Source: the human T2T-CHM13v2.0 reference genome, Homo sapiens
DNA length: 64,000 bases
Direction: 5' to 3' (one strand)
Assembly (NCBI RefSeq): GCF_009914755.1
Contig: NC_060938.1
Shown: positions 29,411 to 45,430 of the stretch, piece after piece
Layout: each line of letters starts with the position of its first letter
Position numbering within the stretch: position 1 is the stretch's first letter
Made by a program: the position numbers and the translations under genes
Notes under the pieces: model-generated
What the model was told of the DNA's origin: nothing
Seen by the model: the letters and a program-made list of their open reading frames with translations, nothing else
The model's database searches: none

Positions 29411-30169
29411 AGTCTTAAGCTGGGCGTTTGTATTAGTTGGGTTTCCTGGTGTCTATTTAGCAAGTGAAGTTTCTGGTTCCCTCCTTCACTGTGTGACCTG
29501 CCTAGTCCTCCTGGATTGCATTTATGGAAGTTTATAGAGACCTAGTTTCCATGGAGGAACTCACTGATTCCGCCAGGGAGATGGGGTACTGGATGATGGT
29601 CTTCAGCCTTAAGGGTACTTCAGTCTTAACTGTGTGTTATAAAGTTTGAAAGGGAGGGTTCCCTATGAATAAGAAGCGCACTTGAAAGAACAGCCCTGTG
29701 GTCTAACCTCTCACTGGTGCTTCAGAGGAGGATAAAAGGTCGCAGGTGAAGATCCCAGTTTTCCTCGCTCAGGAAATATTAATTCTACTCCCTGGAATGC
29801 ACAAGATTTGCAAAGACTAGGTGATAGTGGAAGGTTTGGAAGAACTTTCAGAAGGTTGAGGTGAATTCAGCTGAGAAGAACAGGCAAGGACCTAGGAAAT
29901 ATTCCTTATTTGAAGGGGCCTGAAAGTGTGGTCTGGGGTGCAGGAGTGACCTGTCATACTTGAAAAGATTGAAATACTCTCCAAATACAGTCCCATTCCT
30001 TCAAACTTACCTTGTTGTTTCCAGTGTCTGAGATATATTAAACCTAGTCCATCACCAAATATAGCATAGATTGTGAAGTTCTATTGATTGCATTTGATTT
30101 GTAATTTAAGACTTTCTCCCCCTACATAATTTCGTTAAAAACATTGAATTCTATTCACTTAGGTGTAAC

Positions 30170-30600
30170 AGTTAATATTTGCTGTTTAAGGAACTAATTA
30201 AACCTTACTAGCTTATAAAAAACAACCACCATTTTATTTGTTTGAAGTTCTGTGGATCTGCATTTTGGTGTGGTGGGTTCAGCTGTGTAGTTGATATATT
30301 TGTGTTGCCTGGATCACAAAACAGGCCTTAGTCACCTGGTGCCTTGACTGAGCCTGGTTGGTTTAAGATAGTTTCCTTCACAATCTGGTGGTTTGTGGTG
30401 ACTCTTGGCTAGGCCCTGTGTCTCCAACAGGGTAGCTCCAGACCTCTTCACAATATGACTGTGTCCAAAAAGGCAAGAACCAATGGATATTTGCATCACA
30501 TTTTCCATTGTCCATTCACTGGACAAGTCAGATGGAAAAGCCCAATTTATTGTCAGAGCATAATATGAGGGCTTGGATACAGGGAAAGGTGTTATTGGGA
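30170..30600 (-). mobile_element. Old MLT1-type LTR fragment
   Basis: AAACCTTACTAGCTTATAAAAAACAACCACCATTTTATT...TTCTGTGG...CATCACATTTTCCATTG. Confidence 0.5.
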
Positions 30601-31155
30601 AACATGAGTAGAATCGTGTACTGTAGGAAATACATATTATGTACATTTTAAAAAACGTAGGCCAAAATTGCTGGGTTGCAAGATGCACTTTCCATGATGT
30701 TGAGGTATAGAAAAGCAAGATGTACTGTCATGGGAATACTCATATGAAGTTATTTGTGGAATCCACATATTAATAGGAAAATGGTTAATACAGCCCAGTA
30801 TATTTCTATAACATTTATTTTAGTGAACTTATAATGTTTCTTTGTATTAAATTATTAGATTATATCTTTAGGTAATATTGTTACTAAATTAGTAGGTAAT
30901 ACATATTTTTATTCAAAAATAAATTGTGCATCTAATGTCTACCAATTAATGTACTTGTAGATGTATCTTATCTTAACTTGAGTCTTTGCTGCCACTAATG
31001 AGGTGTGAAGGACTCTTCTCCCATGGGGAAGTTTTTCTTTTTCCGGAGGGAGGAGGGCTTTTCCAGGTAATGTGTCTAGAGTGTTGGGCAGAAGAATCTG
31101 GGACCACACCTCACCAGTTCTCTCCTTAATCGACGTCATTTGCCTTCTCTTCCAG

Positions 31156-31214
31156 CTATGTTTCCAGTGTCCTCTGGGTGTTTCCAAGAGCAACAAGAAA
31201 CGAATAAATCTCTG
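31156..31214 (+). ncRNA. Putative 59-nt internal exon
   Basis: Acceptor TTTGCCTTCTCTTCCAG| and donor CTG|GTGAGT, both near consensus. Confidence 0.65.
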
Positions 31215-31607
31215 GTGAGTTGTTTATTTGTTCTTCACTTTGTTTTACACTGTATTTTCTGAGTTTATGGGTGTCTGTGAATTAAAAAGGAAAAGTGGAA
31301 ATAAGTAAAACTCAGGTTGAAGGAAATATACATAAATAAGATAAAGCTGACCTGTAGATATAGACAGGTTATAAAAGCTTAGAGTTGTCTAAGTTGAGTG
31401 CAAAGTTTCCTCTGATCTTTCTGATGCCGAAACAAAAAAGGCAGTCATGTTTGTTACGTGATTGGAATGGAACCCGAAAAGAGAGCACGCTGTATTCTTG
31501 TGGGACAGGAAAGCTTGTGTGCACCAAGTCTTAACCACCACCTTCATTGGTGACATAGATTATGTGCTGGAACATATTTCACACCGGTCTGGGAGTAAGC
31601 ACTTGTA

Positions 31608-31817
31608 GTGTTGTGCAGTGGAAACAGTCATCTTCCGCTAAGGCATGACGTGTTGTGCAGTGGAAATGGTCATCTTCCGCTAAAGCATGGCGTGTTGTGC
31701 AGTGGAAATGGTCATCTGACGCTAAAGCACAGCATGTTGTACAGTGGAAATGGTCATCGTCTGCTAAAGCACGGCGTGTTGTGCAGTGGAAATGGTCATC
31801 TGCTGCTAAAGCACAGC
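31608..31817. repeat. 42-bp minisatellite, 5 copies
   Basis: GTGTTGTGCAGTGGAAATGGTCATCTTCCGCTAAAGCACGGC units at 31608, 31650, 31692, 31734, 31776. Confidence 0.95.
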
Positions 31818-32162
31818 TTCCATCATAAGGTATGCTCCTTGCTCAAAGAGTGTGGTCCCAAACAGCTTTTGGGAGGTCCTCCTTGACTCATGGATGAAAC
31901 CCGGAACATCTTGAGGACTGAGTTAACCACAGGTCCTTAAATAACTCTCCACACATTTTTCTTAGTTTATCTCTACATGCAGGGTGTGCAGCAGCCTGTT
32001 CAAAGTCATATTTTCTGGGAAATATTTTCAGTGTTTATTTGCAATTTAGCCCACTCTGTGTAGTCTTAACTTATTTCTTCTAAACTCACCATTAACCTAA
32101 ATAATAGTCAAATTTAGGGGGGCTGTATTTGTCTTACTCGAGTCTTCTACCATAGTTGAAAC

Positions 32163-32753
32163 TGTCGTACCCAAGCGAGTTAGAGAGAAATGCCACACTT
32201 TGAGACGAATTCAGGAGTCCTTTATTAGCTGGTGACTGAGAGATGGCTAACACAGGAAATACTCTCGGCCCTAAAGAATGGGCTAGATTTTCTTTTATAC
32301 ATTGGTTTAGAGAGGGGAGGGGGGATTCCAGCTGCAATAAACTTACAGAAGAAAAAACAGACAAAAAACTTAAAAAGACAGATGGTTACAGGAAAACAAA
32401 CTGTTCCAGGTGCAGAGGCTTTAAATTCACCACAAAGTGATGAGTGAGGGTGCTCTGGGCTTTATCTTCCAGACAAATGTGGGGGCTTTATGATATTATC
32501 TCTGAGTAATTTGCTGGGAACTGCGGACATCACTTGCCTCAGCACTTTATCAGTTAATTGCACTCTTTGATATGTTGAAAATCAGCTTGCACAAGTTAAA
32601 GTCCTTGAGGAAAGGGGGTGGGTAAGGAGCCCTTGATGTCTTGTAAATGAAGGAGCCAAATGGAGTTTGTCTGGTTTTCTCAGCTAAGGGAGAGTCTATT
32701 CATATTAAAAACAAGGTTAGCTATCTAAGGAAGAGTCTATTCATGTTAATACA
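32163..32753 (-). mobile_element. Solo LTR, probably LTR18B (ERVL)
   Basis: TGTCGTACCC..GCGAGTTAGAGA..ATGCCACACTTTGAG start, antisense polyA signal TTTATT, ends ...TAATACA. Confidence 0.65.
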
Positions 32754-33582
32754 ACGTTGGGTATTACAAAACATCTGTTCATGATCTGGAAATTCTTCCG
32801 TGTTAGTTCTGTTAAAAGAAAAACTTTAAAGGAGTTTAACTGAGCAATAAACGATTCATGAATCGGAAAGTCCCCAGAATCACAGCAGATTCACAGAGAC
32901 TCCAGCACAGTCATGTGGTGGAAGAAGATTTGTAGACAAAAGGGAAGTGGCATAACGAAATCGGAAGTGAGGTACAGAAACAACTCAGCGTTTGCCTTGT
33001 TTGAGCACAGTTTGAACATTTGGCAGTGCCTGATTGGTTGAAGTTTGGCCATTGGGATTGGCCAAGATGTAGCTGTTGTTTGAGGTGCATACACTCAAGT
33101 TAGGTTTTCATTCTTGTTTACCTATTAAGGTAGGTTGCAGGTCATCCACAAGGACTCATATATATAATTATGGAGTCCTTCTCAGGACATACTTAGTTCA
33201 CTTTAACAATGCCTTCCCTTTGGTTATTTTCTCAATTTTGAGAGATTAGCCAAAACTTCAGTCACTGGTGTCACTATTACCCTTGCAAATGTACTTATTT
33301 GGTTTAGAAACCCACTGGGAAATAGAACAGTGAGATTTGAAAAGGTGGAACAAGGACTTGAGTAGAAGGTGTCTTCTTATGCTGGAATATCCTGTTTACA
33401 GGAGAAAAACAAAACCTGGTTTGTTCTAGGATTTATGTGTTTCCTTAAAGTCTTAGTTTGATTATGTTCCATTTAGCATGAGTGACTCCATTTTGGTTTG
33501 GTTTGTTCTGTTGGGACCTATTGCATGAGCTTAGTTCAAAACAATGGCCTCCCAGAATTTTGCTTAAAAAATTCCTCCTTTT

Positions 33583-33875
33583 GGCTGGGCACGGTGGCTC
33601 ATGCCTGTAATCCCAGCACTTTGGGAGGCCGAGGTGGGCAGATCACGAGATCAGGAGATTGAGACCATCCTTGCTAATACGGCGAAACCTCATCTCTACT
33701 AAATACACAAAAAAATAGCCAAGAATGCTGGCGGGTGCCTGTAGTCCCAGCTACTCAGGAGGCTGAGGCAGGAGAATGGCCTGAACCCGGGAGGCAGAGC
33801 TTGCAGTGAGCCGAGATCATGCCACTGCACTCCACTCTGGGGGACAGAGCAAGACTCTGTCTCAGAAAAAGAAAA
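33583..33875 (+). mobile_element. AluY-like
   Basis: Full dimer; TSD approximately AAA(T)TCCTCCTTTT. Confidence 0.95.
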
Positions 33876-33950
33876 TCCTCCTTTTCAGTCAAGTTCTCAC
33901 TTAGTTGAGAGTGTGACCAAAATGTAGGGCCTTAGCCTCACTCTTAGTTA

Positions 33951-34195
33951 CCATTGTTTTGGGTTTCCGGTTTAGCACATCACTCCCATTGTTTTGGGTA
34001 ATGGTTTTAGCACGTCACTCCCATTGTTTTGGGTTTCTGGTTTAGCACGTCACTCCCATTGTTTTGGGTTCTGGTTTTAGTACATCACTCCCATTGTTTT
34101 GGGTTCCGGTTTTAGTACATCAGTCCCATTGTTTTGGGTTTCTGGTTTAGCATGTCACTCCCATTGTTTTGGGTTTCTGGTTTAGCATGTCACTC
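33951..34195. repeat. 35-bp minisatellite, about 7 copies
   Basis: CCCATTGTTTTGGGTTTCTGGTTTAGCA(C/T)GTCACT units. Confidence 0.95.
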
Positions 34196-35395
34196 ATAGG
34201 TTACGGTGTCCTTATGGTTGCACATTTTTTTTAATCTGTTGTCATTCCAGATGAAGAGATACCATTTGACATTTTAGAGATGGCTGCATGCAAACTCTTA
34301 AAACATTTGAGTAAGTACAGTGCACCAGGGAGACTCTTATGACTATTGGGATAACACCAAGAATTTGGTATATGCTCCTTACTCCGGGTCCCCATAAATC
34401 AAACCACCTAAAATCAAATAGATTAAAGAATGAATTAGATAAAGAGTTTACTTGCTTAACTAAGTGGGTTTTTTTGTTAATTCCCTACAACCAAATCTTT
34501 ATAATACCCGATGTTTTCTCCATATGCCATGTTAGCAGCTGCACAGATACTTAAGATAATAGTCTCATGATAGTAGAGAAGTCTTGATCTGTGATCTTGG
34601 GAAAAGCTGTTCACATTAAGGATGCCATCTTCTTCTGGGGGGGAACTGTCCTTGTTAGCTTTACCTTAAGGGTTCCAAGGGGTGTATGGTTCCGAGTGTG
34701 GAGGGACCCTTCAGAGTTGTAAGACTATGAACCCAAAGTTTAAGGTTTTAAAGTTTTGCTGTCATGTGGATGGCAAGGGCAGTCCTCTGATGTTCTCAGA
34801 AGATCCAGTCATCATATTCTAGATTGTGAAGGGGTTGGCTGTCCTCTGTGAACCATAAAAGGCTTTCTTTAGCTGGTGAAAATACACTTCAGCATAATAA
34901 TCTACTGTTTTAACATCAACCCTCTTGCATGGAAGAGCTTTTTTACAATCAGAAAACATGCACTGAAAATGACAACTGAATGAAATCCCTTTATAAAATG
35001 TTTAAATGGCCCATCAGGTAACCAAATGCACCTGAAGTTTTGATTGTTTTCCTAGGAATATAGGTTCGACAAACCAAACATTGATTATAAACTATTTTAG
35101 CAATTTAGAGATCACCACAGCAATATATTTAATTTGGATCATTTTCTCTTTCCATGATGAGTTATGGAATGCAGAACTTTTAATAACAAAAGTTTTAAGG
35201 ACTTAAGACGGAAAGGTGGCCATCCTGGTTCTTCATAAGTCCGTGCTTAATTAACATTAGACTTACATCCTCTTGACTACCAGCTGTTTCTTCAAATTAG
35301 GTGCATGGCACTGGTAACTGATGAGTTATAGGTAATTTGGCTTAGACCATGGAGTGTATTTAAATTATATATCTAAACAATTTCAATATTGGTGA

Positions 35396-37583
<2,188 letters not shown>

Positions 37584-38527
37584 ATTTTTTTTTTTTAAAG
37601 ATTGCGTCTTGCTCTGTCACCCTCCTCACCACATTATAGCTCTGGGGGCCAAGCTGCATCACAATGGAAAATCATGGAATCGCAGGAAGAATCCACTCAG
37701 CTTTGCCAAATGCAGCCCAAGGGGTTGCTTGGAGTAACCAAATTAACATTTTTCATTCTGCCCAGAGCAAAATACATGTGACAAAACATAGACACGTGCC
37801 ACTTTGCTCAGCACCCAGTATCAAACTGGTAAGACTCAAACTTGCTCCCAGATGGGCCGTGCCATCTCTAAATCTTTTTAGAAGCTTCTGCATATTAATA
37901 GGCATCCCTAGATGAGACTAATTTGGGAGCCCTCATTTTTAAATGCACTTCAGGGCATTATTCATTTGGAATGTTCCACTGTAAGTTATCTTAATAAGAT
38001 TTTGCCATTTCTGTAAGACTTTGCTGCTTCCCAGGCCTAATGTATTAGCCAGAAGGAGCTTAGTTTTCCAGAAATTAAGGATCCTATTTTTACCAAAAAT
38101 ATTGGCTTTACTCCCGGGTTCCCTTCATTAACTTAGCCAATGATTTTTTTTTCCTGCTTAAGAATGCGAGAAAAATGAAACAAAGGGGTAGAACACAAAA
38201 ATCCCTGTGAATTTTCAAAAGCCAAATGTTACAACCTTCCAATATTATCATTTACTACCACTTTCCTTCTGACCCAGTCAGATGTAGGAGGCCTCTAACT
38301 GGAACTGGATTCAAGCCAGTTAACTACTGGATCAAATCTGATCCTGGACCTGGTCCCTTTTCTGTCATAACTTCTAAAACATCCAGCCAGTCATGGCTGG
38401 ATAGCAGTTTGGAACAGAAATTTGCTCAAAGAAACTCAGAGCTCAAAACACAAATCCATGGAGCTCTGAAATCCGAGAGAAAATTTACCATGATCCCCAG
38501 CTGCTCCGAGAGATCAAAGGACACAAG

Positions 38528-39781
38528 TGTTACAGAATCTGAGGCGTCACTTTTCTGCCTGAAACCTCTGGCTGGTGGAGCCTTTACCTGTGTTTTGCTT
38601 GGGCCCACTGGGTTAGTTCTGTCCACTCAGCTCATGCTAGTGGTCTGGATCCCACACCTGCCAAGGGCGAGCTGGGTACAGAGCAGTGAGGGGTGTGTGA
38701 GCAAGCGAGCATGGGATCTGGCCACTGCACACAGCCAAGCATGCCAGCTGCAGTGGGGTGGGCAGCTCCAGGCACAGATGCCAGCTCCCTGTGAGGCTGC
38801 AGCTGGACCAGGCCGACTGCAAACAGCTTCCACTGTGGGTATCAGGGAATGCAGTGGCACCCAGAAGCTTGGAGATGCAGGACCTGCAAAGCCCCAAAGA
38901 AGGTGTCACAGCCCTGGCTGGGGGAGCTCCTAGGTCTGTGTTCCCTGAAGGGACACAGCTCTTCTCTCCTTCTCTCTTCTCTTCTTCTTGCCTGCAATTT
39001 GGCAAGCAAGGAGCGCGTTTCAGCCCTGTTTATGTTACACCTCTTTCAGCCCTGCTAGTTGGCAGGTCCCGAGTTCTTGTCCTGAGTCCAGGAAAAATGA
39101 GGTATGTGGACAAGTAGAAGGTGAGCAAGGTGAAGAGGTGCTTTATTGAGCCACAGTACAGCTCAGAGGAGACCTGCAGTGGGTAGTTCCTTTCTGCAGG
39201 CAGGTCATCCCAACGTCTGTTCAGCTCTCAGCAGCTGAGAGGAGATGCACGGTGGGTAGCTGTGCCCATAGTGCCCAGGCGTTCGAGCTGAGGAGGGCCT
39301 TCTGGCCACTGCTGAGCCACTCTTAGCCCCACCTCACCCTCCCTCCTGTGCTTGCCAGTGCCCAAAGTCTGGAGGGGGCCAAGGTGGCAGGGGGCTGGCA
39401 TGTCAGCACTGCCCTGAGCTTGCACAAACCGGGCCGTGTTGTGACTGTGCCCGGGTTTGGCCTCAACTTGGATCCGAATTTGGAGTGGGTTCTGGAAGCA
39501 GAGGGACGCCAGGTGGCAGGACCAGGTACAACTGAGCCTGCGGGGCAGGGGGGCTTGCTGGGCCTCTGAGAGTGCAGAGATGCCCGGGTTTGCAGTCATG
39601 GCTGGATGGCTGCAGCTGTGCCTGGGAGGGCGGGGTTCCTGCCTGATAATTTAGAAGGGACAGGTCTCCCACCCATTCCTGGCTCCCACCAGCTTTGAGG
39701 AGTGCACAGCCCCAGCCACTCCTCCCCACTGCAGCCAGTGTCTCCATAGCAACTGCTCCACGTGGGCCACTGCTGCCATCA
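38528..39781 (-). mobile_element. MER52 solo LTR, full length, nested in the MER51 internal region
   Basis: TGTTACAG ... GGGCCACTGCTGCCATCA termini; near TSD CAAG/CAAA. Confidence 0.85.
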
Positions 39782-39900
39782 CAAACGGGTCCTTTCAGGT
39801 TCCTTCCTTGTACCTCAGCACTCTGGGGGTCATTAGAAGCCTTAGCAACACTGCTCACCACAGTATAGCTCCAGAGGCCCTAGCAGTCCTGCTCCCACAG

Positions 39901-39918
39901 ATCCCACTTCTGACACCA
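39901..39918 (-). promoter_or_regulatory. tRNA-Leu primer binding site
   Basis: Reverse complement TGGTGTCAGAAGTGGGAT, complementary to the tRNA-Leu(CAA) 3' end, adjacent to the 5' LTR. Confidence 0.9.
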
Positions 39919-40794
39919 TCTATTAAAAGAAAATCTTCAGCTGAATTAAATTTAAAGGAACTTAATTGAGCAATGAATGATTCACGAATCAGGCAGCCCC
40001 CAGAATCACAGCAGATTTGGTGAGACTCCAGCACAGACACATGGTGGAAGATTTATAGACAATAAAGGGAACATGATGTACAAAAATCTGAAGTGAGGAG
40101 TGAGGTCTAGAAGCAACTGGGTCCATTACAGTTCTCAGCAGTGAGGTCCAGAAACAACTGGACTGGTTACAGTGCTCAGCATTTGCCTTATTTGAACACA
40201 GCTGAACACTCAGCAGTGTGTGAGTGGCAGAAGTTTGGCTGTTGGGATTGGCCACGACTCAGCTACTGTTTTAGGCACATACTCCTAAGTTAGGTTTTCA
40301 GTCTTTCTACCTATTAAGTTAGGTTGCAGTTTGTCCACAGGGACTCAAATCTAGAAGTACAGAGTCCTTCCCAGGCCATATTTAGTTCACTGTAACAGTT
40401 CCTATTATGACCTCACTGACAGTTCTTTTTCTCTGAATTCTCCTTTCTTCTCAACAGCTTGTCCAAATGTTCCATTGGTCCCTGTTCATCTTGCCCTGCA
40501 GTTCTCCTTGACTGATTCAGCCCTTTGTGGTTTGCAGTCCTGTTTCTCTACAGCTTGGACCTCTTCAGTCTTTCCATCATAGGTTTAACTCTCTGTTGAA
40601 TGCTTCTTTGTAGCTATCCAAATTTACCTTAAGCTCAAAAAATTCGAAGTGAAAGCCACATCCTCTTCTCTTCCCTTATGTGTATGGCATTACTACCGTG
40701 CAGCCAGTGACCCAAAATGGGATTTCTTCTGGGCTTTTCTTGCTTAGATTCAGGCTCATCTGGTGTCAAGCCTTGTTACTTTTGTTTCCTTGTT

Positions 40795-41100
40795 CTTTTA
40801 TTTTTATTTTTTTTCTTTTGAGACAGAGTTTCGCTCTTGTTGCCCAGGCTAGAGCGCAGTGGTGTGATCTCAGCTCACTGCAGCCTCCACCTCCTGGGTT
40901 CAAGCAATTCTCCTGCCTCAGCTCCTGAGTAGCTGGTATTACAGGCATGTGCCACCATGCCCGGCTAATTTTGTATGTTTAGTAGAGATGGGGTTTCTCT
41001 GTTTTGATCAGGGTGGTCTCGAACTCCCGACCTCAGGTGATCCGCCCACCTCGGCCTCCCAAAGTGCTGGGATTACAGACGTGAGCCACCGTGCCTGGCC
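40795..41100 (-). mobile_element. AluS (Sp-like)
   Basis: Antisense dimer flanked by CTTGTT(C/G)TTTT TSD. Confidence 0.95.
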
Positions 41101-41829
41101 TGCTTGTTGTTTTCATCTCATCCTGATTTCCGAATACAGGAGAGAAGCTGAGTTGGTGTTCACTAACAAGCACAGAAGCTTTGTTATATTTACAGTGTCA
41201 TTCTTGGCAAAACCTGAAGGGTGTGTTTGTGGGGTGATGAGGTTCAGTCACCTGTGACCTGTGCATCTGGCCAGCACTGTGGTGACATCCTTAGGAATCC
41301 ATGGGGAGAGAGAAAGCATTCAGGAGTTAGTGGGTCACATTTGACAAGGGCCAATAAAGAAATATGCAAAGACAAAAAACAAGAAGAACATTGTCATATT
41401 TTCTACCTTTTGTTTATATAAATTTATGTCAATGATTTTAGCTTATGTTAATATGCAATGTATATAATATGCTAACATTTACAATATATGTTTATAGTTT
41501 AAACATTTCTGTCATATTTTCAGATTCTTTAAAGATTATATTACGCTTCCTATTTCAGATAGCTGCTTAAAATGAGTAAGGAAAAACGGATGTGTGCATC
41601 AGTTCCAACTGTTTATGTACTAAAACTAGTTGATATCTTGGTTAAGAACAAAAAGTGACAACCTAATTAACTGAAAATTTTAAGTGGGCAATTATAGTTT
41701 TAGCTTTAACGTAAAATATTAACTATGCTCCATTCTTGCATTTTTAACCTAATACTCAATATAAATCACCACATGCCATGTTTCAGATCAAGGTTTTACT
41801 TGGGATCTCTCATGAGTTTTTCAAGGTTT

Positions 41830-43900
41830 TAATTATCTGCAATGTAACAATGTACCAGTAACCTTACTGGCTTAAACCAGGAATTTATTCTTTTTACATG
41901 TCACAATTTTCTGGGTCAAGACACTGGACAGGGCAGTGTGGGTTGGCTGCTTCGTGATGTCCCTGGTCTCATCTGGGAGGACTCTAGTGGCTGGGGACAT
42001 GAAGCAGGCACCCAGAAGGACTCTAGTGGCTGGGGACATGGAGCAGGCACCGAGCCCTCTCTTTGTGGCCAGCACGGACTTCCTCCCAGTCTGGCAGTGT
42101 CAGTTACTCAGGTTTGTCTGGCTTCTCCCAGGGTGTGTGTCCAAGAGGCCCAGGCAGAAGCTGTAAGGCCTCTCATGATCATCCCTCAGAAGTCCCAGAG
42201 CATCTATCCTGCCACACTGTCCAGTCATACTCATCACTGAGACCAGCCATGATTCAAGGGGGGAAGGTGATTAGATTCCACCTCTTGATGAGAAGAATAG
42301 TAGGAACCTGCAGCAGTCTTTAATAAACCACAGTTTGTCCTCTGGCCACAAACTATTAACGTTTCTCCCACATGCAAATTATGCTTTGCCCCTCTCAAGA
42401 GTCCCAGAATGGTTTTCCTTATGGCACTGGCTGGTAGCCCAACTGAATCCTGAATCAGGTTGTGGTGGCCTGTCATCTGCACCCACACACACTCAGCCGC
42501 AGTGAGGACTGAATCAAGTTATGGTGGCCTGTCATCTGCCCCCCCACACACAGCCACAGTGGGGACTGAATCAGGTTGTTGTGACCTATCATCTGTGCCC
42601 ACACACTCAGCCGCAGTGAGGGGACTGGTGTGAAAACAGTCAGCATTTCCCTTTAGAAGCTGTTGGTGGGAGGCAGGAGGGAGGTGCTGCCCTGCAGGCC
42701 CCGTCTAACAGCTGGTCATTCCCATGGGGCGCCTGTTACAGTTCTGTGATTAGTGCCCAGTACGGGTCCCTGAGAATGGCGCCCAGTCCTTGTCCCTGAG
42801 AACGGCGTTTGTGTCCTTTTACTCCTGCCTCTGGGCTTTTGTCATTCTCCATGTTCTTTTTCCTTCAGTGCCTGGGTTGCCGTTGACCAACTTTCTCTGC
42901 CTTTTTCTTATGGTCAATAGGGTATTCAATGGCTTCTTTTTAATTTTTTTCCTTTTCTTTTTTTTTTTCTTTGGCCTTTTGAGACAAGAAATTATTTCTT
43001 TATATTTTCTCTAAATTTTGTTTGAAAAGTGAACTTCCTTCTTTAGATCATGTCCCTCTCCTGTCATATTTATTCAATGACAGTTAGGGTAGGCTGGTAG
43101 CACTTTCCATGTTCTTCCCAGATGTCTCCTTAGGCAGATCCCTGAGATGGTGCAGTGCCCTTTCGGTTTCCATGTTGTGGCTGTAGTTTTCTCACAGTCC
43201 CTCAGCACATAACTCTCAGGCCTTTTCCCCACTTTCCAATGACATTTTCTCACCGTCCTTCAGGCACTGACCAAGAGTCTTGATGCCCTTCCAGGTTGCA
43301 TGAATGGTCTCCTTGAGGCCCAGTTACAGGTCAGCCTCACAGTCGTGGCACATATTGTAGCTTCTGATTACCACAGCGGCTCATTTCCAGCTACCATATT
43401 CTGTTCCAGTTATCTATTCTGAAGAAACCATCCCCAAAACTTGGCAGCTTAAAACAACTCATTATTACCTGTTTTTTGGCTTAGAGAGTCTTGGTGGCCA
43501 GCTCATCTCACACACAGTTGCAGCCAAGCTGGATTGTGTGAAAGCACAGTGGGGTGGTGTGCAGGGTGGCTCACTAGTGGTTGGGAGTGGATGTTGCTGA
43601 AGGCTCACTAGTGGTTGGGAGTCGGTGTTGCTGGAGGGTCAGTGGGGGATGTCAATGTGTGTAGCTAGTCACGGACTGGCCATGTGGTTTCCATCATGAG
43701 GTCTCAGGGGAGTGGGATTTCCTGCCTGGTGACTGGCTTTCTCCTGGATAAGTGTTCTGTTTTCTCAGCCTGGCTTCTGAAGTCCCCAAATACCACCTTT
43801 GTCACCTTCTGTTGGCCAAGCAAGTTAGTAGTCTGGGCAAGGTTTAAGGGGAATTGGTTCTCACAGAGAGAGGAGCAGGAAAGAAGTTGTCACCTTTAGT
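41830..43900 (-). mobile_element. Old MLT1-type MaLR: LTR, internal remnant, LTR
   Basis: Two LTR-like blocks (CTTACTGGCTTAAACCA.. at ~41865; CCCCAAAACTTGGCAGCTTAAAACAAC at ~43430) and an internal/LTR junction CCAGCTACCATATTCTG. Confidence 0.6.
42449..42625. repeat. About 58-bp tandem repeat, 3 copies
   Basis: CTGAATCAGGTTGTGGTGGCCTGTCATCTG...CACACTCAGCCGCAGTGAGG. Confidence 0.9.
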
Positions 43901-44721
43901 CTACCAGAAATATGATTTTTATAACAAGTTTGTTCCAAATACATTCCAGTTCCCCTTGTGAATACTTTTTTGACTCACAGGGTATTTCAAAGTTTATTAC
44001 TTGGTTTTCAGACATTTGAGGCTTTTCTGGATATCAATTTGTTGTTGGTTTCTAATTTAATTTCAGGTGTTCAGACAACATACTTTGTATACTATGTCAT
44101 GCTTGAACATTTTCTCAATTGATCAACATACAGTCTATCTTGGTACTGCCAAGTACCATTTGGGTCAGGATTTTGTCATTTAGATCCGTATTTTTCCTAT
44201 ATTTTTATCTGGTTGTTCCGTCAGTTACTGAGAGAGCAGTATTAATTCACCAGCTATAATTTTGGATTGTCAATTTCCTGCTTTTGTTCTGTTGTTTTTG
44301 ATTCACATAATTTGAGGCTCTGTGTGTGAGAGTACTTTGTGTGCACTTTGAGGCACAATTTATAATTGTAACATCACCCTCTCTGATTCTTTTATTTTTA
44401 TGAAATTACCTTTTTTATTTCTGGTGATATATTTTGTTCTGGAGCCTCTTTCATCTAGTGTTAACGTCTCTGTTGAAGCTTTTTATGATTAGTGTCTGGA
44501 TAGCATATTTTTATGATTAGTGTCTGCATAGCATATTTTTTCTCATACTTTGTGTCTTTGTATTTAAATTGTGTCTCTGTGGATGCCATATTGTTGGGTC
44601 TTGCTTTCCTCTCAGGTCTGGCAGTCTCTGTCTTAAGTAGAGTATTTGTCCAGTTACATTGTAACTAATCATTGCTAAGGTTGGATTTAGGTCTGCCATT
44701 TTTCTACTTATTTTCTATTTG

Positions 44722-45430
<709 letters not shown>

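Noticed and set aside
28916-29467. Overlapping ORFs of 113-151 aa
   Set aside because: Stop-poor CpG-island sequence running through the predicted donor site
38226-39861. ORFs of 120-235 aa
   Set aside because: They lie in the GC-rich MER52 LTR and adjoining ERV sequence, overlap on both strands and show no domain
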